Virus record (IMG/VR): IMGVR_UViG_3300046318_000491
Location: 64,001-128,000 of that record
Source: a virus
Length of the DNA: 64,000 nucleotides
Direction: 5' to 3' (one strand)
In this document: positions 20,359-31,000 of the stretch, piece by piece
Layout of the letters: each line of letters starts with the position of its first letter
Numbering within the stretch: position 1 is the first letter of the stretch
Position numbers and translations under genes: made by a program
The notes under the pieces: generated by a model
The model's input: the letters and a program-made list of their open reading frames with translations, nothing else
What the model was told of the DNA's origin: nothing
The model's database searches: none

Positions 20359-23300
20359 TTAGACCACTGGTGGAGGCAGCTTATCTACCCAGGCAGGCGT
20401 AGGGTCAGCAGCTTCGTCATAGATCTTAACTACAGTAGCTGCTACCCAGCCGCTAGTCTTTTTGACATTCATGGTTGAAATTTTCCACTTAATTACCGTA
20501 CCAGGGCTGTCGGGAGCATACGGTCCGGAGTCTGGCTCGTCGGGAGCCGTTTCAGGTACAACGGTAAAAGTGGTAGTTGAAGGTGTCGTAGATACATAGT
20601 AAATACCATCGAAGGCTGGTGGTGTCGTAGTTGCTTCTAAGAAATGGTCATCCAAGGAAATAGTTACAATATCCTTAGGTACTAAACCGTGAACGGTTGA
20701 AGTAGTAAACAGGAACTTATTAGCAACTACCGCCGTATTAGAGATGCTCTTAGACGCGACAGCAACCTTGGTGCCTACAGGCACCGCGGTCAATTGGGTA
20801 GTCACAGATAGAATCTCACTGTTTGTCCCTGTATGATCACTAGCATCATCATAGTTATATGTAGAAGTGCCGTTGTTGTGGTAGTCCGAAACAAGGTTTA
20901 CAGCAGCTATAACGACTTCATACGTGGCTCCTGGAGTTAGTCCAGTAATAGTGTACTCGCCAGTGCTTACACCTGTAATTTTTCCAGTGGAAATCCACTC
21001 GCCATCGGTTTCCTTATAAAGAATACGATAGCCCGTAACTGCCACACCGCCGTTGCTTAGTGGCATGTTCCACGTCACGTCAATTTCTGTTGACGGGTCG
21101 TTAGCGCCAATGTCAGCAGCTACACCGGTCGGAGAGCTAGGTACGGTCCTCCATTTAAAGTCAATATACATATTAGAAGCGGGAGTTCCAAAGGTAGCGT
21201 TATAGTTTACGCCGTCCCGATAGATGATGTTGTCACCAGTGATGTTAGTTCCAGAGTCCCCTGGTGCTCGATAAAATAGGACTGATGCACCAGAAATCAT
21301 TCGGAACCCCGCGTACCATTTTTCGCCAGTAAAGGTTAGTAGGTATCTGCCAGCTGCATTTCTAGGAGTGAAGCTTAGGACCTTGTCTGTGTCCGCGTCC
21401 GGATCTTTGGTGAGAGCAGCATTATTAGTCGAAGAAGTCCACTGGTGGTACCTAGTCGCCTGGGTAGGGTTTGCCCTATCATCCATCTGCAGTTGAACAG
21501 TGCCGCTACCACCGGAACGGAAGTGCACTGATGCACTGTTCACGTGAATAGGCTTAACGGTTACAAAATCAGTGCCATCAAACGCGCCGGATACGTGGCC
21601 TACGTTGAAAGTGACACCAGAAGTGTAGTCAGTATTAGCCGTGTCCGCGCCAGTGAACGGCGATCTTTCACTACCGCCTATTGTTTCGCTATACCCTAGG
21701 AGAGGGATTGCCGGGGCTGTAACTGCTGTAGAGGTATATATGGCAACAATAGTGCTGTCGTTGTACGCTCCTATCGTGTAAGTATAGGAAGTGCCAGCTA
21801 CCCCGGTATCATCGATGTATGTTTCTGTAATAGAGCTTCCAGCTGGTACTGTACCAGCAGTTATCTCATCGCCATCGCTTCTAGTGATAGTCCAAACCGT
21901 GTCACCGCAAAGTGCCGGCGAGTCTACAGCGTATGACAATTGGATAGAATAGCCGGAAACCGAGGCTGCTACGCTAGCCGTAGGAGGGGTAACACCAGCG
22001 GTAGTTGTAGCAGCAACTGAGTAGTAGCCAGCATAGTTGTAGATATATAGAGTGTATGTATGCTCGGCTCCTGGGGTTAGATTAGAATCAGTAAAATATA
22101 AGATCGACGAGGTCGTTCCCTCGGCTTGGTACGACGCGTACACTTCCGTGTCTGTGGGATTTGTCCCTCTAACCACCCTTGCAAACGTATAGCCATTTTC
22201 TCCCGCCCCTGACCTAGCGCTGTAGCGTAAAAGCATGTCGATACTGCCGCTAGTAGCTGAAGGTTCAGCATCAAAAGCTATTACGTTAGTGCTTAGCGGA
22301 GGAGCCTCCGGCGTGGGCATAGGGTCGAAGTCCAGACCAGTAGAAGAACTGCTATTCGACATGTGCAGCTCGTAGCGAAGGAGCCCTTCAGTAGGGGACC
22401 AGTTAGTAGTAATATTAAGGAGGCCTAGATTCTGAGTAGACCCGGCTGATACTGAACCAGAAGAAACATTTCCCCCACTAGCCCTAGAAATATACCAATA
22501 AGTAGTTCCCGAGTCGGCAGGGGCAGTCACGCTTCCAGCAAAAGAGATTACTCCAGCAGCATTAGAGCTAACATTTATATAGCCGTATGGTGCTATATAG
22601 TCTCCGGCTTTTTCAGACTTACTTGTGGTGTAGTATCCAGAGTTGTTGTATAAATATACATAGAAAGTTCTTAAGCTATTAGCTGTATATCCACTGGCTT
22701 CAATGCTCTGAGTCGTACCCGTGACACCCGCTGCTAATTCGTAGTTGGCTATTAGCGTACCTAAATCGTCTTTTATCACAGCATAGTTGTTTGTATTACT
22801 AGAGCCTACCGCGGAGTATCTAAACGATATATCAACTGCACCTATCTTGGTAGTAGATTGCGTTACAGTGAAAGTGAGTAGGTTAGTGGATTTCGGGGCC
22901 CAGGCTGTATTTACAGAGGGTGCGTCTACGGTAACAGTACTTCCCCAGTTAGTAGCTGTCAGCCTGTACTGAAGTAATCCGGAAGTCGGGGTAGTGGTTA
23001 TAGATATAGCCGGACTAGGGGCACTACTTAGATTATAAGATCCTGTACTAGAGCCAGGGTCAGATGTGGTGCCAGAAGCTGAATATGCCTCCCCTTGAAT
23101 TTTTGAGATGCTCCATGAAGCAGGGCCACCGTTTGCGGGTAGGGTGATTATCGAAGTATTACGAGGCTTAAGAGTGTCTCGGTCAGTACGGTCAAGAAAA
23201 AATGCTGCGGTTAATTGAGGAAAGATACTTAAAACAGATGCGTTAGTTCCAGTGTGGTAGTTAGGTAGGCTGTAGTAAGAAGTACTTCCACCATTTACCG

Positions 23301-24132
23301 CTGTGCTCACGGAGTTATATGCAGCAACGAATACGTCATAGTTAGCCCCTGAGTCTACTGTCACATCTGAATAGAAGTATCCAGACCCATCAGTGGAGAA
23401 TGTTCCAGTAGCTTTTACCGTATAGGTATTGGTGCTGGTATTGCGAACCATAACTCGATAACCATCGACAATTACGTCATTACTAACGCCACCATTCTGA
23501 GCTGGAGCTAGCCATCTAACTCTAAAACTTCCGTTACTGCGCGAAGAGATGTTTATACTTGTAGGGGCGGTGGGTAAAGTACGAAGCCTAAGGTTGGCTC
23601 GTAGCATCGTTCCGGTGTTTTCCTGAGCATAGTCAAGGCTACTGTCATCTTTAAGATAGACGCTTTGGCCCCCTGTGTACGAGGCGGTGATACCGCGATA
23701 CATAGTAGACCTACCGGAGGTTGCATTATTTCGCTTAGATCCGTAAGCAATATATTTTACATCTGCGTACATATATACGCCGATAGAGCTTAAAGCAGCC
23801 ACCTGCAGGGTAGTGCTCATCGCAAAATTGCCGTACGAGTAGATAGGGTCTACATTGAAGGTGGGAGCGTACCCGCTAGGGCCGCAGAGAAGGCTAACGT
23901 CAGGCGATGCCGGCGAGTTGGCAGCAAATGTTATTGCTAGCTCTTTGATAAAAATCGGTTGAAGAGCTTGGCCTGGCCTATTGTCACCAAAAAACTCGGT
24001 GTTAATAGCACCGCTAATCGGTGCAATAAAAGCTGGATCATATACGGATAGACGCGCTGGACGTGTAGTAGCACTCGAGACAATAGCCGTAGTTCCTAGA
24101 CCAAGGGCTATATTAGCTCCTCCTAATGCCAT
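20359..24132 (-). CDS. Minor tail protein with fibronectin type III / Ig-like domains
   Basis: Two clear Fn3 units (P.AP......W..P..NGG....GYR; LTPGATYEV.IAAVN); Ser/Thr/Gly-rich beta domains. Confidence 0.75.
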   Translation of the reverse strand: MALGGANIALGLGTTAIVSSATTRPARLSVYDPAFIAPISGAINTEFFGDNRPGQALQPIFIKELAITFAANSPASPDVSLLCGPSGYAPTFNVDPIYSYGNFAMSTTLQVAALSSIGVYMYADVKYIAYGSKRNNATSGRSTMYRGITASYTGGQSVYLKDDSSLDYAQENTGTMLRANLRLRTLPTAPTSINISSRSNGSFRVRWLAPAQNGGVSNDVIVDGYRVMVRNTSTNTYTVKATGTFSTDGSGYFYSDVTVDSGANYDVFVAAYNSVSTAVNGGSTSYYSLPNYHTGTNASVLSIFPQLTAAFFLDRTDRDTLKPRNTSIITLPANGGPASWSISKIQGEAYSASGTTSDPGSSTGSYNLSSAPSPAISITTTPTSGLLQYRLTATNWGSTVTVDAPSVNTAWAPKSTNLLTFTVTQSTTKIGAVDISFRYSAVGSSNTNNYAVIKDDLGTLIANYELAAGVTGTTQSIEASGYTANSLRTFYVYLYNNSGYYTTSKSEKAGDYIAPYGYINVSSNAAGVISFAGSVTAPADSGTTYWYISRASGGNVSSGSVSAGSTQNLGLLNITTNWSPTEGLLRYELHMSNSSSSTGLDFDPMPTPEAPPLSTNVIAFDAEPSATSGSIDMLLRYSARSGAGENGYTFARVVRGTNPTDTEVYASYQAEGTTSSILYFTDSNLTPGAEHTYTLYIYNYAGYYSVAATTTAGVTPPTASVAASVSGYSIQLSYAVDSPALCGDTVWTITRSDGDEITAGTVPAGSSITETYIDDTGVAGTSYTYTIGAYNDSTIVAIYTSTAVTAPAIPLLGYSETIGGSERSPFTGADTANTDYTSGVTFNVGHVSGAFDGTDFVTVKPIHVNSASVHFRSGGSGTVQLQMDDRANPTQATRYHQWTSSTNNAALTKDPDADTDKVLSFTPRNAAGRYLLTFTGEKWYAGFRMISGASVLFYRAPGDSGTNITGDNIIYRDGVNYNATFGTPASNMYIDFKWRTVPSSPTGVAADIGANDPSTEIDVTWNMPLSNGGVAVTGYRILYKETDGEWISTGKITGVSTGEYTITGLTPGATYEVVIAAVNLVSDYHNNGTSTYNYDDASDHTGTNSEILSVTTQLTAVPVGTKVAVASKSISNTAVVANKFLFTTSTVHGLVPKDIVTISLDDHFLEATTTPPAFDGIYYVSTTPSTTTFTVVPETAPDEPDSGPYAPDSPGTVIKWKISTMNVKKTSGWVAATVVKIYDEAADPTPAWVDKLPPPVV

Positions 24133-24148
24133 AACTAACCCTGCCTAG

Positions 24149-24286
24149 TTATTGAGCCGAGCACACGTAGGTGTGGGCTTCGTCGTATGTGTCAAAAGCT
24201 GCTTCAGATTTACCATTTAAATTATTAACAACAAGAAACTGGTCGCGACCTAGTTCCTCGTCATAAAAACTAATTATTTTATACAT
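24149..24286 (-). CDS. Small 45-aa protein absent from the ORF track (MYKIISFYDEELGRDQFLVV...)
   Basis: ATG..TAA ORF fills the gap between two tail genes on the same strand. Confidence 0.55.
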   Translation of the reverse strand: MYKIISFYDEELGRDQFLVVNNLNGKSEAAFDTYDEAHTYVCSAQ

Positions 24287-24297
24287 CACTAACCATT

Positions 24298-27200
24298 CTA
24301 CGCGGTCACTTGAATCCAAATGTCGCCAGTAATGGCAGCAGCGGGGGTTACCGACCCTGCATATAGTTTAGCAAATGCAGTGGTGTCAGTGTTATAAACA
24401 AAACCGCTAGGCATGGAAATAACATTAGACTCACTAATCTCGATTGGGCTAGACGGATCAGCAGTATAGATAGCACCACCGCCACCACTACCACCGAACG
24501 CTCCAAAACTAATATCGGTAGTGCCTACTTCTATACTTGCCGCGCTGGTGTCATTGATAAAGGCTCTACCAGCCATAGTCTCCGAGCTAGTGCCTACATA
24601 AATTAAATCACCTTTAGTAATTTTTCCTGTAATACTGCCGTTATAAGAATCTAGTCTTCGCAGCTGGGCTTTAGTAGATTCATCACCTACAATTTCTACA
24701 GAATAAACACCGTTTTGTTCACCGGCAACCTGGTCTTTAATTAGGGCAACTTCTCCGGCAGCCATCTCGTGACCATCGATAGTGTACGTGCCAAAGGCTT
24801 GACGCGTAAGTGTTGCACCTACTCCCGAAGTACCGTTACTGTAGTCAGAGTCAGGAAGAGCTGCAATAGTTGCTACGTCCACAAAAACGTGTTGGTATGC
24901 AGCTGATCCGCCGGAAGATAGTGCATCTACCTTATTTTTAACCCAGGAAGTCGTGGCAACCTTATCACTATTATCGTTAATACTTAGAGATGAAGAGCCG
25001 AGCACCTGTGGGTGTGAGTCAGTGAATACATCTACGTATCCGCCAGTCGAGGAGATATCAGTAGCCTCGAGGCCTACAATATCAGCATTTACTGTTTCGA
25101 TAGTAAATTGATCGAAAGAGTTTGAAACCCTACTCATGGTATAGATACCGCTTAGGCCAAAAATACCGGTAGCCCAAATATCTACTAGCCCACCATCAGC
25201 GCGGCTCATTGAAGACTCCGAAACTGGATCGGTAAGTGTTACTGTCCAGACGCTAGTGAGCTCCGACTCTCCAGGTGCTGTTCGAGTCATGGTAGAGATT
25301 TCCCAGAAATCGGTATAAACCTTAGTGTTAAATTCAGCATAGCCGTCAAAGTACACGCTTAAGGGGTTCCTATTGCCCTCGTCCATATCCCAGGAGTTCC
25401 AGTTAGTAAAGTTAATGCTGTCAGCACTGACAGTTATCTCGGAGGATAGCTCATCGGAATATAGTCCGATCATTGAAGCGTACGTGGACGCCACCTTACC
25501 AGTATCATTACTAGACCACTGAGTAGCACTAGTTAGCTGTATGTAAGTGTCTTGCAAACTTGTACTGGAGGTTAAAGTGCTCTCGTACATGATTAAGGCA
25601 GTCTCTAGTGGTAGTGACTTCAATTTAAGAGGCGCGGGGGTCTCTAAATTGTAGTTTAGTAGCCCTCTTTGATACTGCCCAGAAGAGAGCTGAGTGCCGG
25701 TAGCATCGTCATCACTGTACCCGTAAAGAACTACTCTAGGGTTTATTGTCGCGTCATTAGCTAGGCCAGGGTAGTTAAGCAGTGCGCCAGAGAACCCGGG
25801 TGCACTTAGTCTAATGTCATCTACATAATTAATTCTCGAAGTCTGAGCCTCTAGGTCAATGTCAATCCACGTCTTAGGGGCCTGGACTGATGCAGTATCA
25901 GGCCTAGATGCGGTGTCATACCAAGACTGGCTACCGTATTTAGATCCTCCATAAAAGAACTTGTTTTGACTAGACAGCATCACGGAGTCGAGCATGTAGG
26001 AAGTGGTATCTAAGTCGCCTACAGTATTCTTTAGCCACGCCGGGATCGCAAGTTTAAATGATTTTTTTGCCTCTAGAGCAGCAGAATCCAAGTCTTTATA
26101 TTGCTGATACAGCTTTGCGCTGCTAATTTTGATTGTGTAAGGTACTCTGAAATACTCTTTAGACTTTTGATTTTTTAGAGTACCAGTGGCATCAATAACT
26201 GACAGATTTGGCATATAAGAGGCCATAGTCAAGGCACCAGAATATAGGTACACATTGGCGTCGATCTCGTCTAGGCTTAATGTCAACTTTTTAGTATGCG
26301 GTACCGAGGCCCACGATGCTTTAGTGGAGTCGTCTATCACATCCGAGATGCTGAGGAATGTGCCGTTATCAAACTTAAACTTAAGGTCTGATATGTCAAA
26401 CTCTGGAACATTGATTTTGTATATTTTTTGATTAGTTAGAGGTAACGACTGAGCCTCTGGGGGAGTACTAGGGCTTCTTCCAAATACAGCAACTGTAAAA
26501 GTATCGGTAGTTACTTCAGTAACCTTGACGATCTTTCTGTATTTTTGTTCAATCTTCTGAGCTTTAGTGTCTAAGTACTCGACCAAATGGCCTGGCTCTA
26601 GCCCCGTCTCAACGTCGCCATCAGTAGGCTGGTCTGACCTCCAGTTGTAGACATAATCACCGACTTTTAGTTCGTGACCGACAGAAGTAACAATAACTGA
26701 GGTTACGTCCTCGGATAGTGTAATTGCTGTAGGTACAAGCTCCTTACCAACCGGGTTAGAAAATATATCAAAGTTTAGATACAGTAGGCGGCCATATTTA
26801 ATGGCTGGCTCTATAAGGGAGTAGTTGGCAGTACCGTAAACATACTTGTCAGTGGTAGCCCCCACACCCCAGGATACGGAGATGCCGTATGTACTTTTCG
26901 CAGCATAATCCTGAATAACAGAAACCTCTGCTACTCCAATCGAACTATCCGACTCCCAGCCTGCCGCCGAGTGCACCTCGCTCTGCGAGTCGTCCAAGTA
27001 TTCAAAGCTTGGGTTATGGATTACGTTATAAATTTTAGCTGATACGTAATTAATACCCTCGTTAGAAAAATAACCGTGGTCAAATAGGGCTTTAGAGTAG
27101 TCATTTAAATAGAGACCCGCTACGTTTTCATCATGGTAGAGAGCATGACCGGTGAAGCTAGTTGCATACTCTATGTCAATATTCGGACCAAAGTTCTCGT

Positions 27201-28092
27201 ACTTAAAGCTAGCAAAGTCTGCTTCTATAACTGTAATAAATGCAGGTCCAGTGGAGAAACTAAAGCCGGTCTCGGAGACTGATCTAAATACCTGAGCGTC
27301 CTCGCTGCTTACTGCAGTCGACTCTACATCGCTAGCTGTTTTTGCAAAAACTAAAGTCTTATTAATATTTCTAATCGAGTCAGAGACATCTACTAGTGTG
27401 TAAGTCCCATTAAACGTGGAGTCCACGCCGCTGATCGTTACGCTATCTCCGGCTCGAAAACCGTGAGCATCGTTTGTGGTTAAATAAGCATAATTACTAA
27501 CAAGTTCCTTGTTCGTAATTACATAGGTGTGGGTGTTGTAAGAGGTCGTACCAGTGACTGCAATACGGACTCGGTCGCCAGTTTTATATCCATGGTCACT
27601 AGCGAGAACTATTGCAATATCATTTTTTCTATAGATACCAGAGACTGCAACTTCTGGCTCTCGGTAGGACCTATAGAGACCAACGTAAACACCGGTAGTA
27701 TCGTCGATATCGCTATCGCCCAGGTTCTCACTTTCGATAAAGGTACCGAAAAGCTTTTTAGTTCCGATATTACGTTCTACACCAGGGCTAGAGATATTCC
27801 AATAACCGATTGTCCCCGAATACGCATTGATATCACCACGTACGAATACATCGGAGAACTCGGCAACTCCAGTTCCGTCAATTTTCCAACCGGACAACCC
27901 TTCAGAGAAGTTTCCGCTTTGGATACTATTCGTTATTAACTCTGTAGTAGAGGCTAGGTTTGCTCCAGTAACTACACCGTCAGCAATTCCAGTTATAACA
28001 TTTGCCTGAGACTGAAGAGCCTTGACATCTTTATTAATCCCTGCAACGTATGAACTAAAGCTATTAGTTCTTTTTATACGACTACTCGCCAA
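24298..28092 (-). CDS. Large minor tail / central fibre protein
   Basis: IQSGNF..G..GWKIDG.G.AEF (gpJ C-terminal-like); DNSDKVATT fibre motif; KDQ...QNGVY domain; probable TTG start overlapping the upstream gene end. Confidence 0.7.
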   Translation of the reverse strand: MASSRIKRTNSFSSYVAGINKDVKALQSQANVITGIADGVVTGANLASTTELITNSIQSGNFSEGLSGWKIDGTGVAEFSDVFVRGDINAYSGTIGYWNISSPGVERNIGTKKLFGTFIESENLGDSDIDDTTGVYVGLYRSYREPEVAVSGIYRKNDIAIVLASDHGYKTGDRVRIAVTGTTSYNTHTYVITNKELVSNYAYLTTNDAHGFRAGDSVTISGVDSTFNGTYTLVDVSDSIRNINKTLVFAKTASDVESTAVSSEDAQVFRSVSETGFSFSTGPAFITVIEADFASFKYENFGPNIDIEYATSFTGHALYHDENVAGLYLNDYSKALFDHGYFSNEGINYVSAKIYNVIHNPSFEYLDDSQSEVHSAAGWESDSSIGVAEVSVIQDYAAKSTYGISVSWGVGATTDKYVYGTANYSLIEPAIKYGRLLYLNFDIFSNPVGKELVPTAITLSEDVTSVIVTSVGHELKVGDYVYNWRSDQPTDGDVETGLEPGHLVEYLDTKAQKIEQKYRKIVKVTEVTTDTFTVAVFGRSPSTPPEAQSLPLTNQKIYKINVPEFDISDLKFKFDNGTFLSISDVIDDSTKASWASVPHTKKLTLSLDEIDANVYLYSGALTMASYMPNLSVIDATGTLKNQKSKEYFRVPYTIKISSAKLYQQYKDLDSAALEAKKSFKLAIPAWLKNTVGDLDTTSYMLDSVMLSSQNKFFYGGSKYGSQSWYDTASRPDTASVQAPKTWIDIDLEAQTSRINYVDDIRLSAPGFSGALLNYPGLANDATINPRVVLYGYSDDDATGTQLSSGQYQRGLLNYNLETPAPLKLKSLPLETALIMYESTLTSSTSLQDTYIQLTSATQWSSNDTGKVASTYASMIGLYSDELSSEITVSADSINFTNWNSWDMDEGNRNPLSVYFDGYAEFNTKVYTDFWEISTMTRTAPGESELTSVWTVTLTDPVSESSMSRADGGLVDIWATGIFGLSGIYTMSRVSNSFDQFTIETVNADIVGLEATDISSTGGYVDVFTDSHPQVLGSSSLSINDNSDKVATTSWVKNKVDALSSGGSAAYQHVFVDVATIAALPDSDYSNGTSGVGATLTRQAFGTYTIDGHEMAAGEVALIKDQVAGEQNGVYSVEIVGDESTKAQLRRLDSYNGSITGKITKGDLIYVGTSSETMAGRAFINDTSAASIEVGTTDISFGAFGGSGGGGAIYTADPSSPIEISESNVISMPSGFVYNTDTTAFAKLYAGSVTPAAAITGDIWIQVTA

Positions 28093-31000
28093 TTCGATCC
28101 ACCTGCCAATCTGTAACAATAGCTAGATCGATTTGCTCCGGGAAAGCCGGATTATTTGGCACAGTCACTTTGACAGAGTCGATCTTTCGAACAATAACAT
28201 CCTTGCGAGGCTCTAGCGTACTCTCTAGACGGTGCTTTACGAAGTCATCATTTACAATGATAGAACACCAGTCACCAGGTGAGTACGACCCAACTACTGG
28301 GTTCAATGAGCCATTCACTGTAATAATGAAATTTCCAGCGGGTGGCTTTGATTCATAAGCAAATCGTTTAGCAGTTCTATATAGATCGAGTTCGCTGTCA
28401 TAGTTGCCCCAGCTGTCGATATTAGTTTTATCGTTACCAATTAATGGCCAGTCAGCTTTTTCTGCTTTATCCAAAAGTGGCCAGCCATCAGCTAACAAGT
28501 CTTCCGAGACCGCTCCAGAGTAGGCGGCATCACCGCCTCCGGCTTGACCATTAGCACTAGATACGAAAACACGAGTTGCAGAGTTTTCTGCGTTCTCGGC
28601 GAAGCTAATATTAGAGATGTTTCCAGGGTACTCAAACACAACTTTATCTGCGCCGAAAGCAATAGGAGGTGCTGACTGCCCCGGAGCCAGGCCAGGCTTA
28701 CGATCCTGAGGTCGATTGCCATTTGGATTGTACGGGTCATCCTGTAGAGGTAGCGAGTTTATATATTTAGTTAAGCTTGCCGGGTACAGAGGAATTAATC
28801 TAAAAATTCTCTTAAACTTCTTATTACCAGTAGTTGGATCAATGTAAAGTTCGCAGTCGATTCTGTAATCAAACCCCGTAATAGTGTTTGAATACTCTTC
28901 TAGGTGCTGGCCCAGATTTACTAGATCAGAGCCCCTAAGTGGAGTGTTCTTGCTATTCAACGCACTGTAGAGGCTAGTGGAGAACTCTACCCCTCCTAGG
29001 TTGGCGCTTTGAGAGTATTCTCCATAGGTTCTAGTGAACGCGATAGGCTCCCTAGAAATCATAGGCGAAGGCAGAATTACGCCAATAGCCGTCTCATCGG
29101 CCACGTCAGTAATAGACGCAGCGGTAGATAGGGTAACTGTTCCAGTAGAAGCTAGGGCTTTTGTCTTTGTAGTCGGTAGAGTGACTGTCTTAATAAATGA
29201 CAAAGTTCTAGGAGTAGCGGTAACTAAAATAGCCGTACCAGTTAGCTGGCTAGAGACGGCACTAGGGAAGCTAGACAGTTCTATAGTATCTCCGACAACA
29301 AACCTGTGGTAATAGCCAGTGGCAACGGTAAGAGTGACGGTAGTCTTTGTTGTATTTTTCGCGATTGAGTAATGCGAAACTTCAACCGAATCAGAGCCAG
29401 GAACAGTGTAAGTAAGAGTATCTTCAGAAGGAACGCTTGTTATCTGTATTGGCTCATTATTGCCATTCAGAGAAAGCGTGTTTTTACCATAAGTCCAAAC
29501 GTTAACCCAGTCGCCTACAGCAAGCCCGTGTCCAGGTGATGTCAAGGTTGCCACGGACGAGGAGGCCCTAGCCAGAGCAGTAATATCTCTGGTCTCGGAG
29601 GAAATTGACCCGTAATCCAGAACTGCAACACCGGCGACGTTATGCGAAGACGTAGCTTTAACTTGACTATTAGGGTATACAAAAGGTTTAGGGTCAAAGG
29701 CATGAAGAACTTTATGAGGGCTTCTTAGCGTTATATCTGTCCATCGTTCTTGACCAGTGGGTGACTCGGTACTCGGGTCTTTTACTACCTTAAGAACCTG
29801 CATATCCTTACCGTTGAAGATAGAGTACTTATTAGTACCGCTGTCTTTTAGCCCCGAGATTTTAAAAGTATCTCCGACAAAAACCTCTGGTGATGCAGTA
29901 GACGGACCGTTCTTGTTGAATACAGCAGTAATCTTCTTCTTAACAGTGGCAGTCACATTGAAGCCAGATACTGGCGTATTGGCAGGGATCGCGACTGACT
30001 GAGTGGTTTTAACCCAGAAAGTCTCTTTATTGGTCGTCATCTTTTTGATGACGCCAGTGTCATTGTAGACAGAGTACTTTACGATCTGCTTTGCAGAGAT
30101 CTTCGATGGGTCGGTGTGTGCACCCATGTAGACGTTACCCTTGTCAGAACCGTGTCGAGTAGCAAGCGGTGTGCTTGAGGTTGACTTCGCCGAGTCCCAG
30201 GTCCAACTAATACTGTACTTACCATCGCAGGGGACATCGATGTAGTAGTTTAGGGGGATTCCAGTTGAGCCGCGAAGGGTTCCGTACCCTAAGGTGTACT
30301 CGTCTGCTTTAAATTTTTTATTCTTAAGGTATGTATCTACGATAGGTTTTACAGCTACAGTACGAGTTCCGGTGGTTGTGCCTTGTAGGCCCCACATGTT
30401 AATTGTTATGACTTTATTCTTTTGCTTAGAAGAGCCGCTAGTACCAAGGGCTTTTTGAGATGTAAAGCCGCTCAGGACCACTTTTGATGTTTTAGCCAGC
30501 TCGGGGTTGACATCGAGATACATCCTAGCAACGCCAGTTTTCTTTTTAACATTGGTGCACTTAAACTCAATTTTGTACGGAGCAAGATTTTTTGCCTCTA
30601 CAACTGATGGCTGATCTGACGACTGGTCCGGAAGCCCTTCAATAGTTACGCTGTCTCCGATACTAAAATTAGTAGCGTTAGCTCCTGTAGTCGTAAATAC
30701 TACATAGTCATCGCCAGTAGCATTCATTTCTGTCTGAATAGACCCGATTGACACGGCAAAAGTCTGCTCGGTATCTTCGTTACCCTGTTCCGCGGAGTCA
30801 GCAATAAAGTTGTCTGTAACTACCCTAGTCACAACGGTGTAAGGGCTAGTGGCCTTGTCAACTTTATTCTTAGTCTTAGGGAAGGAGATGTTTCGAACAA
30901 TTACTTCGCTACTCACGTCAATATCGCCAGGCACGTAGTACTTAAAAGTATTCTCGGTGGCCTCAATAATTTTTACTGTTCCACCGTTACTGTCATAGTT

